Below, in pieces: positions 46,998 through 55,807 of a DNA stretch of 64,000 nucleotides. The DNA is from Deltaproteobacteria bacterium (GTDB lineage: Bacteria; Myxococcota_A; Polyangia; Fen-1088), in the NCBI GenBank assembly GCA_033763315.1, contig JANRKS010000001.1:32001-96000 (forward strand), in the 5' to 3' direction. The translations under genes and the position numbers were made by a program. Every line of letters begins with the position of its first letter. Position 1 is the first letter of the stretch. The notes under the pieces were generated by a model. It did not search any database. It was not told the origin of the DNA and saw only the letters and a program-made list of their open reading frames with translations.

Positions 46998-47493
46998 GGC
47001 CGGCGCGTTTCGTCCGCAAAGCCGCGAAGAACGTTTTGAGCCGTGCGGCGCATTCGTCGGCCAAAACGCCGGCCGTGACTTCCACGCGGTGGTTAAAGCG
47101 TGCGTCTTGCAACAACTGGTAAAGCGATCGAACGGCGCCCGCTTTGGGATCATCGCAGCCATAGATCACGCGTTTGATGCGAGCGTTGATCATGGCGCCT
47201 GCGCACATGGGGCACGGCTCAAGCGTGACGAACACTTCGGCGTCACACAGACGCCAATGCCCAAGCGCTTGCGCGGCCCTTCTTATCGCCAGAAGCTCGG
47301 CGTGCGCGGTGGGATCGTGGCCGGCTTCGCGTTCGTTGAAGCCCACGCCCACCACGCTGCCGTTCAAGACAACCACCGCACCCACAGGCACCTCGCCTTG
47401 CGCTTCGGCTAGGGCGGCCGCTTGCAAGGCAAGTTGCATATAGTGAACGTCAACGGATGATGAATCGTTCACGCTGGGTTGCGGGGTCTTCAC
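46984..47493 (-). CDS. tadA: tRNA adenosine(34) deaminase
   Basis: GEVPVGAV, DPTAHAE, TLEPCPMCAGA, DPKAGA, FNH, FF..LR. Confidence 0.93.
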   Translation of the reverse strand: MKTPQPSVNDSSSVDVHYMQLALQAAALAEAQGEVPVGAVVVLNGSVVGVGFNEREAGHDPTAHAELLAIRRAAQALGHWRLCDAEVFVTLEPCPMCAGAMINARIKRVIYGCDDPKAGAVRSLYQLLQDARFNHRVEVTAGVLADECAARLKTFFAALRTKRAGPSGL

Positions 47494-50400
47494 GGCTTCA
47501 CGGCAAACTGATAAACGCCTGCGCCCACTTCAACCACGGTTTCGTTCGCTTGCTTTTCCAGCAACCTAACGCCCGGGCTTTGCGCCAACGGTCGGCCGCC
47601 TTCAGTGATCTTGTCGGCGTCGGCGCTTGGAATGTGAACCTCGGCAAGGGCGTGCACGGGGACCTCCACATCCATTGTCAGCCCTTTGGCGGTTTTCATC
47701 CACGCCGAAGCGATGTCGCCACGCACCGAATGGTACCGTGCGCGCACAAACTTCAGATCGCCGCCGGGACGCGGCCGCAACACGAAACGTGCATAACCAG
47801 GGCTGTTCGGCGCGCCTTGCAGCCCCGCCAATTGGCTGTACATCCACTCGCCCACGGCGCCGAACGCATAATGATTGTAGGAGTTCATACCGCCCACGTC
47901 GCGCGGCCCCTCTTCAGGCGTGTAGCTGTTCCACCGTTCCCACATCGTGGTGGCACCGTTGTTCACGGTGTAAAGCCACGACGGGTATGTCTCGGTCACC
48001 AGCAACTTATAGGCCGCATCTTCTTGGTCAGCCATCGACAGCGCTGGCAACAAATGCGCGGTGCCAAGGAACCCCGTGTTCAAGTGGCCGTTGGCGCGAT
48101 CGATCGCCGCCATCAAGTGCTTCGCCGCCAGCGGCCGTTTGTCTTGCGGCAAAATGTTGAAGCGCAAAGCGATGATGTAAGCCGTTTGCGTGTCAGACGT
48201 GATCTTACCGTCGGTGGCCACGTGTGCTTTGTTGAAGGCCTGCTTGATGTTCTCAAACAACGCCTTATACGCACGCGCGTCCTCTGTTTTGCCAAGCGCT
48301 TCGGCCATCTGAGACAGCAGGTTGGCCGCATGCGCGTGGTAAAGCGGGCTCAACACTTTGTTTGGCGTTTGCGGCGGCGGTGACACCCAGTCGCCGAAGC
48401 TCCAGCTTTCGTTCAAAAACCCCTTGGCTTTGCTGGTGCGAAAGTCCACCCACTTCTTCATCGCTTCATAGTGCCGCTGCATCGGCGCGCGATCGTTGTA
48501 AACTTGGAACATCAAATAGGGCAGGAACACCATGGCGTCGCCCCACGCAAAGTTGCCTGCTCCTAGTTGCGGTGTGGTGGGGGCCACATCGGGCACAGCG
48601 CCATCGGGACGCTGTCCGTCTTGCAACGCCACCAGATAGTTTTCGATGAAGTTCGCCGTGTCCATGTTAAAGGCCGCGGTGGGCGCGAACGCAACGATGT
48701 CGCCCGTCCAGCCGAGACGCTCATCACGTTGCGGGCAGTCGGTGGGGATGCTGAGAAAATTGCCCTTTTGCCCCCATAAAATGTTGCTTTGCAACTGGTT
48801 CAGTTTTTGATTTGAGGTGGTGAAGGTCCCAGCGCGAGGCAGATCTGTGTGCCACACCAGACCCACGATGTTGGTGATGGGCAGCGGCTTCGGCACGCCT
48901 CGCACTTCCACATAACGGAAGCCATGGAAGGTGAACTTTGGTTGAAACACTTCTTGAACGCGGCCACCCGCGATGTATTCGTCAATCACCCGTGCCGTGC
49001 GCAAGTTGTCGGTGAACAACTTGCCGTTCTTATCCAACATCTCACCGTAACGAATGGTCACCTTTGTCCCACGCGGCGCCACGAACCGCAGCCGAATCAC
49101 CCCCACCATGTTCTGCCCCAAATCGAAAATTTGAACGCCTGGATCCGGGGACGTCACAGCGCGCGCGCGAACCACTTGAATTTCCTTTACGGGTGGCGCG
49201 GTGGCGGCCTCGATGCGGGGGATGTTGATGGGCGGCACAAACACCGCGCGCCACTTCTGATCGTCAAAGGTGGCCGTGTTCCAGTTGGGGGTGTCGAGGC
49301 GCATGTCTTGCTGCTCGCCATCAAGCAAATCGCTGCTGCGGATGGCGCCCGTGTTGCCTCGCCACGATCCATCGGTGGCGATCACATCCTCGGTGCCGTC
49401 GGCGTACGTTAAATACAGCTGCGCGCGCAGGGCCTTTTCAAACCCCCACAGATGTTGTCCCATGCCGGTGCGGCCCGCGTACCAGCCGTCGGCCAGCATC
49501 GCGGCAATTGCGTTGGTTCCGTGGTGAATGAGTTTGGTGACGTCATAGGTTTGGTAGAGCACACGCTGGGTGTAATCAGTCCAGCCCGGTGCCAACACAT
49601 CGGGGCCCACAGCAAAGCCATTAATTGTCATTTCGTAGACGCCCGCGGCGGTGGCGTAGAGGCGGGCCTTCGTCACCGTCTTGCCTACCGCAAACGTTTT
49701 ACGCAGCTGCGCCACGGGGAGCAGGTGATCGATGCCGGCCTTGGCGGGATCCTTGGCATCCGTGAGCTCACCGAACACGCCTAACTCTTGGCTGGGCACA
49801 TACGGCGCCTTCTCGGGGGCATCCTCCCGCCACTTTTCGGGAAGCGCGATTGCCTCTGCTGTGCGTGCCACCCAAGATCGATCCGTTTGGATGAACCGCA
49901 CACGACCATCTGCCAGTTCAAGCCGCAAGCTTGCAATGACGCTCTTGCCGGCGAAGTAAGGTGATTCGATCCAGATCTGGTTGTCGCCGGTCGTAAGCAA
50001 CGCTGTGACTGTGAAGCGCCGTGGATCGCCCACGTCCGCAGCGAAGGCACGCAAAGTGGTGCCATTGATGTGAATCTTGTGTTCAACGCCTGGGTCCCAG
50101 GGGCGACCGTTGCCTGGTCCCGCAAAGAACAGATCGGCGGCCACAACTTTGTCGGTGGCAGGCAAAGTGAAGCGCTTGGTGAAGCCCACGCGTTTGGTTT
50201 TCGCCGACACGGACAACGCCGCCGGTGCCACCCAGCGTGCACCTACGAGCGGGCGGCGTTCGCTGTCGTTGGCGGGACGCAGGCCAATCCATTGCCCCTT
50301 CCAAGCCGCTGGCTGCGCGTTCATCAAGCCGGTTTCGAACCAGATCGGGGTCGAGGCGGTGACGCCGTTGCGCTCGTCCCACAATTTCACCTGCACGAAG

Positions 50401-50729
50401 TAACGCGTGCGTGGCAACAACGCTGGACCCGCGTACGGCACGAGCACGTTCTCGGCGGAGTCCACTTTGCCCGAATCCCATACATTGGGTTGCCCGCTGC
50501 GCAGCAGGTTTGCGTCGGTCGATACAACGATCTGATAGGCCGTTTGCCGAGCGCCCCGTACAGGGGACGTGGCGATCCACGAAAAGCGCGGGGCTGCGGC
50601 GTCGATGCCCAACGGCATCACACGCTGTTCCACCATCACTTCGGGCACCTTCAAGGCGGCTCTAGCGGAGGTTTGCGTTACGAGAGCGCCAAGGGCGCAC
50701 AAAGTGTAAAGGCTGAATCGGTAAGACAT
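47490..50729 (-). CDS. Secreted alpha-L-rhamnosidase (GH78)
   Basis: Signal peptide; PRFSW, WDSGKV, LAPGWTDY, DLGQNMVG, FTFHGFRY, PTDCPQRDERLGWTGD, GATTMWERW, MNSYNHYAFG. Start ATG 50729 after GGAGG. Confidence 0.92.
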   Translation of the reverse strand: MSYRFSLYTLCALGALVTQTSARAALKVPEVMVEQRVMPLGIDAAAPRFSWIATSPVRGARQTAYQIVVSTDANLLRSGQPNVWDSGKVDSAENVLVPYAGPALLPRTRYFVQVKLWDERNGVTASTPIWFETGLMNAQPAAWKGQWIGLRPANDSERRPLVGARWVAPAALSVSAKTKRVGFTKRFTLPATDKVVAADLFFAGPGNGRPWDPGVEHKIHINGTTLRAFAADVGDPRRFTVTALLTTGDNQIWIESPYFAGKSVIASLRLELADGRVRFIQTDRSWVARTAEAIALPEKWREDAPEKAPYVPSQELGVFGELTDAKDPAKAGIDHLLPVAQLRKTFAVGKTVTKARLYATAAGVYEMTINGFAVGPDVLAPGWTDYTQRVLYQTYDVTKLIHHGTNAIAAMLADGWYAGRTGMGQHLWGFEKALRAQLYLTYADGTEDVIATDGSWRGNTGAIRSSDLLDGEQQDMRLDTPNWNTATFDDQKWRAVFVPPINIPRIEAATAPPVKEIQVVRARAVTSPDPGVQIFDLGQNMVGVIRLRFVAPRGTKVTIRYGEMLDKNGKLFTDNLRTARVIDEYIAGGRVQEVFQPKFTFHGFRYVEVRGVPKPLPITNIVGLVWHTDLPRAGTFTTSNQKLNQLQSNILWGQKGNFLSIPTDCPQRDERLGWTGDIVAFAPTAAFNMDTANFIENYLVALQDGQRPDGAVPDVAPTTPQLGAGNFAWGDAMVFLPYLMFQVYNDRAPMQRHYEAMKKWVDFRTSKAKGFLNESWSFGDWVSPPPQTPNKVLSPLYHAHAANLLSQMAEALGKTEDARAYKALFENIKQAFNKAHVATDGKITSDTQTAYIIALRFNILPQDKRPLAAKHLMAAIDRANGHLNTGFLGTAHLLPALSMADQEDAAYKLLVTETYPSWLYTVNNGATTMWERWNSYTPEEGPRDVGGMNSYNHYAFGAVGEWMYSQLAGLQGAPNSPGYARFVLRPRPGGDLKFVRARYHSVRGDIASAWMKTAKGLTMDVEVPVHALAEVHIPSADADKITEGGRPLAQSPGVRLLEKQANETVVEVGAGVYQFAVKP

Positions 50730-50783
50730 GGAACCTCCGAAAACGCGCATGATAAGCCACCATGCAGGTGTAAACTAGGGGGC

Positions 50784-51692
50784 GTGGCCTCCCTCACAGA
50801 CGAGCAGCTTTCGTTCTCCCGTTTCGTTCAGGCGCAAAAACGTTCCGCTGATGCCCGCGCCCGCGAGGGAGCTGCGTATGCGTATGGCCCTGAACTGCGC
50901 ACACGTCAACGGTTAGGGCGCGTTCGTCCGGTGATGATGGCGTTGGACGTAGGCCTGTCCGACTTTGACAAGCGCGGCCGCGCGCGGCTGCTCGAAGGCT
51001 CGATCGAAGTGGGCAACGGAGAGGGGGGACGGTTCCCCGTGGTTGCCAAACCGCTGTCTGTGGCGGCGGCGGCGTTGGGCGTGCCTGTGCCGCGCGCCTA
51101 TGTTTCGCCAAGCGTTGGTGTTCACGAGGCTTGTGTGTTTGGCACGGAAGATGAGCCGCTCGTGGTGTTGCCCGCCGTGTTCGTGGATCATTTTTCACCC
51201 GCGGAATTGCAATGCACGTTGGCCTGCGCGCTCGGACGCATTCACAATGGGCACGCGCCCTGGCTTACGGCTTTGTGGGTGCTGCAAACCGACGCACCGG
51301 TGGCGTTGCGTTGGGCCGCCACCCCGGCGTCCGCGTTGCTGGGCGCGTGGGCCCAAGGCGCGAACATCACAGCGGATCGAGCCAGCCTTTTGGTGACGCG
51401 CAACTTCGTGGCGGCAACGTCGGCGTTGGCCAAGCGCTTGGGGGGCGGGCGCCGCTTGCTGGCCGACATTCGCACCGAATCAGCGCTCACACACTTGGAC
51501 GCGCCCTTTCCCCACCCCGAAATCGGTTTGGAGCCCGGCGAATGGCACACCTGGCGAACGCGCGTCAAAGCCATGGAGTTGTTTCGTCACACGGCGTTCT
51601 TTGCGGGCGGTGCCGGTGAAGCCGCAGGCCCCGCCAGCTTGACGATGGCCCAATGCAACGATCAAGTCTCGACGCTGCTAGGAGCGCTATGA
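50784..51692 (+). CDS. M48 (Ste24/HtpX)-like protein lacking the HEXXH zinc site
   Basis: LGVPVPRAYV, FGT, ELQCTLACALGRIHNGH, NITADRASLL. The 5' part of the 540-aa ORF lies antisense to the rhamnosidase, so start is set at GTG 50784. Confidence 0.62.
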   Translation: MASLTDEQLSFSRFVQAQKRSADARAREGAAYAYGPELRTRQRLGRVRPVMMALDVGLSDFDKRGRARLLEGSIEVGNGEGGRFPVVAKPLSVAAAALGVPVPRAYVSPSVGVHEACVFGTEDEPLVVLPAVFVDHFSPAELQCTLACALGRIHNGHAPWLTALWVLQTDAPVALRWAATPASALLGAWAQGANITADRASLLVTRNFVAATSALAKRLGGGRRLLADIRTESALTHLDAPFPHPEIGLEPGEWHTWRTRVKAMELFRHTAFFAGGAGEAAGPASLTMAQCNDQVSTLLGAL

Positions 51693-53452
51693 ACAACACC
51701 GAAGGTACATGGTCGTTCGACGGCAATAAGGCCGCGCTAACAGATGTGTTTTTGCGGCTGGCCGGATTGGCTGAACAGATCGGCCTTGCCTCTACGGCAC
51801 GCGACATTCGTGATGTGCGCCTGCCAAAGTTAGAACAAGAACGTTTCTCGTTGGTTGTGTTGGGCGAGTTCAACCGCGGCAAATCCACGCTGATCAACGC
51901 TCTGATTGGTCAGCGCCTGCTGCCCGCGGCCGCCACGCCCACCACCGCCGCGCTGGCGGAACTTCGCCAAGGCGAAACGTTTTCGGCCACGGCCGTGTTC
52001 GATGACGGCACCCGCTTGGCTTTAGATCGCAGTGCGCTTGACGGTTATCTCACGGGTAAGGTGGAACCCACGCCGGCGGTGCGTGTGGATCGGATTGAGA
52101 TCGTTTTACCCGCCACAGTGTTGGCCAACAACCTCACCATCGTGGATACACCCGGCGTTAATGATCTTTCACAGCAACGCGCCGATGTGACGTATGGCTA
52201 CCTGCCGCGCGCCGACGCGATTGTGTTCTTGCTGGATGGCACCCAAGTGCTTTCTGCTTCCGAGCGACGCTTCCTGCAAGAGCGCGTGCTTAAGGCTGCG
52301 CGTGAACGGCTGATCTTCGTGGTCACCAAATGTGATCTCCTGGATGAGGCAGAGCGGGCCGATGTGATCGGTTTTGCCAAGCAAGAGCTGTTGGCTGTTG
52401 TGCCCGATCCCACGCTCATTGAAGTTTCGGCCAAGCGCGCGCTGGCGGGGGACGTGGCTGGCTCGGGCATCGAGGCGTTGCAACAAGCCATCAACCGCGT
52501 GCTTGGTGATGATCGTCAACGCGTGCTGGTGGAGCATGGCCTTGATGACGCTGCTCGTTTGTCGCGGTTCTTGCGGCAAACGCTGGGCATGCGGCAAAGC
52601 TCGCTTGAGCTTTCGGACGATGAGTTGCAAAGCAAGGTGGCACAAGCGCGCGTGCGGCTTGAAGATGGGCGTGCGGCTTTGGCACAAGCCAGCCTCACCA
52701 TCGCGGCGGAGGCATCGGCGCTTAAAGCGCGCGTCGACGCCGATCGGCGTGAGCTGGTGGAAGCTCTGTGTGCGCGGCTGCCCGGCGAAATCGAGGCGCA
52801 ATCCGCCGCTGAGGTGGAACGCTACCTGGCGCCTTTTTTAGAAGACACGTTTCGCACCTGGCTTGAGCTGCAAGGCAAGCTGGTGGCGCAGGAATTGGAA
52901 CGCATCGCCGAAGCGGCCGTTTCGGTTGCCACTGAGCGCTTGGACGCTGTTTCGCAGGACGTGGCCACGGCCTTGGGGCACGCCCGCGATACGTTGCAAG
53001 TGCCGCGGCCCACACAATCTTACGAGGCGTCTGTCTTTGCTTTGGGCGCTCTTGGCACCACGGCCTTGCTGTTTGTGAATGTGCTGGCGGGAGGCGCCTT
53101 GGCCCTGCTGACGCCGGCGCTTGCCTCGCTGGCCCGCGCCCGCGCCGCGCGATCTGCGGTAGGCCAGGCGGCGCGCAAATCACCCGAGCTTGTGCGCGGC
53201 ATCGGCGATGATCTGGGCGTACGCCTGGGCGGTGTGATCGACGACTTTGCCAACCGTCTCGACGGCTTCATTGGCGAAGCGGGCGCAAGCTTGGCCCAAG
53301 GCATCGCGGAGGTTTTGGAGCGCGCCCTCGCCGAGCGTCGCACCGGCCAGGCGCTGGCCGAACAGGAAGCCTTGCTCAAAGTCGATCGCGAGCTCAAAGG
53401 CGTCGACGAGCGGGTGATCGAGCTGCGCCAGGCGTTGTGGCGGCCGATGTAG
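51689..53452 (+). CDS. Bacterial dynamin-like GTPase
   Basis: G1 GEFNRGKS, G2 PTT, G3 DTPG, G4 TKCD; long helical stalk; hydrophobic paddle; AGGAG RBS and ATGA overlap at 51689. Confidence 0.88.
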   Translation: MNNTEGTWSFDGNKAALTDVFLRLAGLAEQIGLASTARDIRDVRLPKLEQERFSLVVLGEFNRGKSTLINALIGQRLLPAAATPTTAALAELRQGETFSATAVFDDGTRLALDRSALDGYLTGKVEPTPAVRVDRIEIVLPATVLANNLTIVDTPGVNDLSQQRADVTYGYLPRADAIVFLLDGTQVLSASERRFLQERVLKAARERLIFVVTKCDLLDEAERADVIGFAKQELLAVVPDPTLIEVSAKRALAGDVAGSGIEALQQAINRVLGDDRQRVLVEHGLDDAARLSRFLRQTLGMRQSSLELSDDELQSKVAQARVRLEDGRAALAQASLTIAAEASALKARVDADRRELVEALCARLPGEIEAQSAAEVERYLAPFLEDTFRTWLELQGKLVAQELERIAEAAVSVATERLDAVSQDVATALGHARDTLQVPRPTQSYEASVFALGALGTTALLFVNVLAGGALALLTPALASLARARAARSAVGQAARKSPELVRGIGDDLGVRLGGVIDDFANRLDGFIGEAGASLAQGIAEVLERALAERRTGQALAEQEALLKVDRELKGVDERVIELRQALWRPM

Positions 53453-53474
53453 GTGTTCGCGATTTCGCGCGCGC

Positions 53475-54542
53475 GTGCGAATCAACCTACAATGGCGGGC
53501 TGTGAGCCGCGTGGACGTGCGTCTGCTTGAGCCTGCTGACGAAGCGGATTACACCGCTTTGGTCGGGCGCGCGCCGGGCTCGCCCTTTTCACACACCTGG
53601 CCGTACCGTAAGGCGCTGGCGGCCGGTGGGTATGGCTTGCCCATGTATTTCGGTGGGTTTATAGCCGGCCGAATGGAGGCGGCGTTGCCGGCGTTTGTCT
53701 TGCGATCGGAATTGGGAGGCGTGCTTAATTCGTTGCCGTTGGCGCAAAGCGCCGGCGATGTGATCGTGGATGAGGCTTTGCCACAAGATGAGGGGCACAT
53801 TATTGCCCACGAGCTACGGCAAGCTGTTTTGCAATACGCGGCTGCAAACGCCATTGACGTTTGTGTGTTCATTGCGCCACCGTTTGCGTCACCTGCCCAC
53901 GACCAAGCACAGCCCGCCGACTTCTCCGTTTTGCGCGCCACGCATGTTTTGGATTTGAGCCAACCGTTGCAGCTGCACCACGCCGCGCGCGAGGCCGTTC
54001 GCAAAGCGCAAAAGGCCACACCGACCGCGCACGTCGCGCAAACGGCCACACAAGCCCGCGCCGTATGGCAGCTTTATGCCGAAAGCATGGGGCAGCTCAA
54101 CGTTGTGCCGCGCGCTTGGCCATTTTATGAGCGCCTGTTCATTGAAGCGCCTGATCAGGCGCGGTTCGTATGGTGTGAGCTTGATGGCACGCCCACATCC
54201 GGCCTCCTGTTATTGAACCACAGTGGCGTGGTTGATTATCACTTTGTAGGCAACACGGCCTTGGGCCGCACCCACCAAACCAACAGTTGGTTATGCCTGC
54301 ATGAATTGCAACACGCACAAAGCCGTGGTGCGCGTTGGTGGAACTGGGGCGCTTCACCCACGCCGGCGGTCGCCGATTTTAAGCGACGTTGGGGTGGCAC
54401 TGACATCACGTATGCTTTGCGCGGCTATTGCACAGGTGATGTGTCGCCGTGGCGGCGTCTGCCGCCGGCTGCGTTGGCCAGGCATTTTCCAGACTATTAC
54501 GTCTTGCCTTACAGTTGGCTCACCGAACCAGAGGCTCCGTAA
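53475..54542 (+). CDS. GNAT/FemAB-like protein
   Basis: SLPL, AREAVRKA, WWNWGAS, ADFKRRWGG. Confidence 0.75.
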   Translation: MRINLQWRAVSRVDVRLLEPADEADYTALVGRAPGSPFSHTWPYRKALAAGGYGLPMYFGGFIAGRMEAALPAFVLRSELGGVLNSLPLAQSAGDVIVDEALPQDEGHIIAHELRQAVLQYAAANAIDVCVFIAPPFASPAHDQAQPADFSVLRATHVLDLSQPLQLHHAAREAVRKAQKATPTAHVAQTATQARAVWQLYAESMGQLNVVPRAWPFYERLFIEAPDQARFVWCELDGTPTSGLLLLNHSGVVDYHFVGNTALGRTHQTNSWLCLHELQHAQSRGARWWNWGASPTPAVADFKRRWGGTDITYALRGYCTGDVSPWRRLPPAALARHFPDYYVLPYSWLTEPEAP

Positions 54543-54545
54543 CAA

Positions 54546-55103
54546 ATGTCAGATCACAGCCAAGTCGTTGCACGCGTGATGTTTGATTGGGAATCGCTTG
54601 GGCCGGACGAGGTCAAACGCTTGTCGCAGCCCTTGCCACGCAAATTGTTGCGATGGCTAGGCACGCATCACCCCGACAACCGCACGCGCAAACTGTTCTT
54701 TCGCCTCACAGGCGTTCACATTGGCAAGGGCACCAACATTACCCCCGGCCTGGTGATCAACGACGGCTACAGCGGGTTGTGTTCGATCGGGGATCGCGTT
54801 TCGATTGCAACGAACGTCACCCTAGTGGCGGACTCCAATCCGAATAATTCAATCTTGGCCGAACACCCTTACGTCAAACAACACTTAATCAAAACGGCGC
54901 CTGTCATCATTGAAGACGACGCGTGGCTGGGGACCAATGCCATCGTGTTGCCGGGCGTGCGCATTGGGCGCGGCAGCATTGTGGGCGCGGGCGCTGTGGT
55001 TGTGAACGACGTGCCACCTCACACAATCGTGGCGGGTGTGCCCGCGCGCGTGGTGCGATCGCTTGGCGATGACAGCGCCGCGATTGAAAGCGACACCCAA
55101 TGA
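54546..55103 (+). CDS. Hexapeptide-repeat acyltransferase
   Basis: IGDRVSIA, PVIIEDDAWLG, LPGVRIG.GSIVGAGAVV..DVP...VAGVPAR. Confidence 0.88.
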   Translation: MSDHSQVVARVMFDWESLGPDEVKRLSQPLPRKLLRWLGTHHPDNRTRKLFFRLTGVHIGKGTNITPGLVINDGYSGLCSIGDRVSIATNVTLVADSNPNNSILAEHPYVKQHLIKTAPVIIEDDAWLGTNAIVLPGVRIGRGSIVGAGAVVVNDVPPHTIVAGVPARVVRSLGDDSAAIESDTQ

Positions 55104-55807
55104 ACCAAGCTCCTAGCAGCGTGTCCATTGTGGTGATGGCGTTCAATGAATGCCAAAGCCTCGGCGAAGTTGTGCAAGAAATATCCGCAGTTTTGGATAA
55201 GCTGCCCACGGCGTCGCATGAAATTGTGATCGTGGACGATGGCAGCAGCGATGGCACGGGCGCGCGTGCCGATGAGATTGCGGCCAACAATAAACGCGTG
55301 CGTGTGGTCCACCATGTGGTCAACCAAGGCTTGGGCGGCGTTTACCGCACAGGCTTTGCGCAAGCGCGCGGCGATTTCTTGTCGTTCTTTCCCGCCGATG
55401 GCCAATTCCCGGCCGAGATCATTGAGCGCTTCTACTCAATGATGCCAACCCATGATTTGATCTTGGGATATATCCCGCGCGCCGACGCCGGCCCTGTGGC
55501 CAAGGGATTGTCGTTGGCTGAAAAGGTTTTGTACCGGGCGCTGTTTGGTCCCATGCCGCGCTACCAAGGCGTATTCATGTTGCGCCGTGAGGTGTTATCA
55601 AGAACGCCATTGCACACGCAAGGCCGTGGGTGGGGCGTGGTGATGGAGCTGGTGCTGAAGATCCACCGGGGTGGCTACCGCGTGAGCAGCGTGCTCACGC
55701 CGTTTCGGCCACGAATGGCAGGACGATCGAAGGTCAACAACGTACGCAGTGTGTGGGCCAACCTTGTGCAAGCCATGGCCATGCGGAGCAACCTTAAGCG
55801 TCGTTAA
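55100..55807 (+). CDS. Glycosyltransferase family 2 (DPM1-like)
   Basis: AFNE, IVDDGSSDGT, NQGLGG, PADGQ, R.AGRSK. Confidence 0.88.
   Translation: MNQAPSSVSIVVMAFNECQSLGEVVQEISAVLDKLPTASHEIVIVDDGSSDGTGARADEIAANNKRVRVVHHVVNQGLGGVYRTGFAQARGDFLSFFPADGQFPAEIIERFYSMMPTHDLILGYIPRADAGPVAKGLSLAEKVLYRALFGPMPRYQGVFMLRREVLSRTPLHTQGRGWGVVMELVLKIHRGGYRVSSVLTPFRPRMAGRSKVNNVRSVWANLVQAMAMRSNLKRR

Noticed and set aside
50070-50783. 5' extension of the 540-aa plus-strand ORF
   Set aside because: It overlaps the GH78 gene antisense and reads as shadow sequence; the protein-like part begins near GTG 50784.
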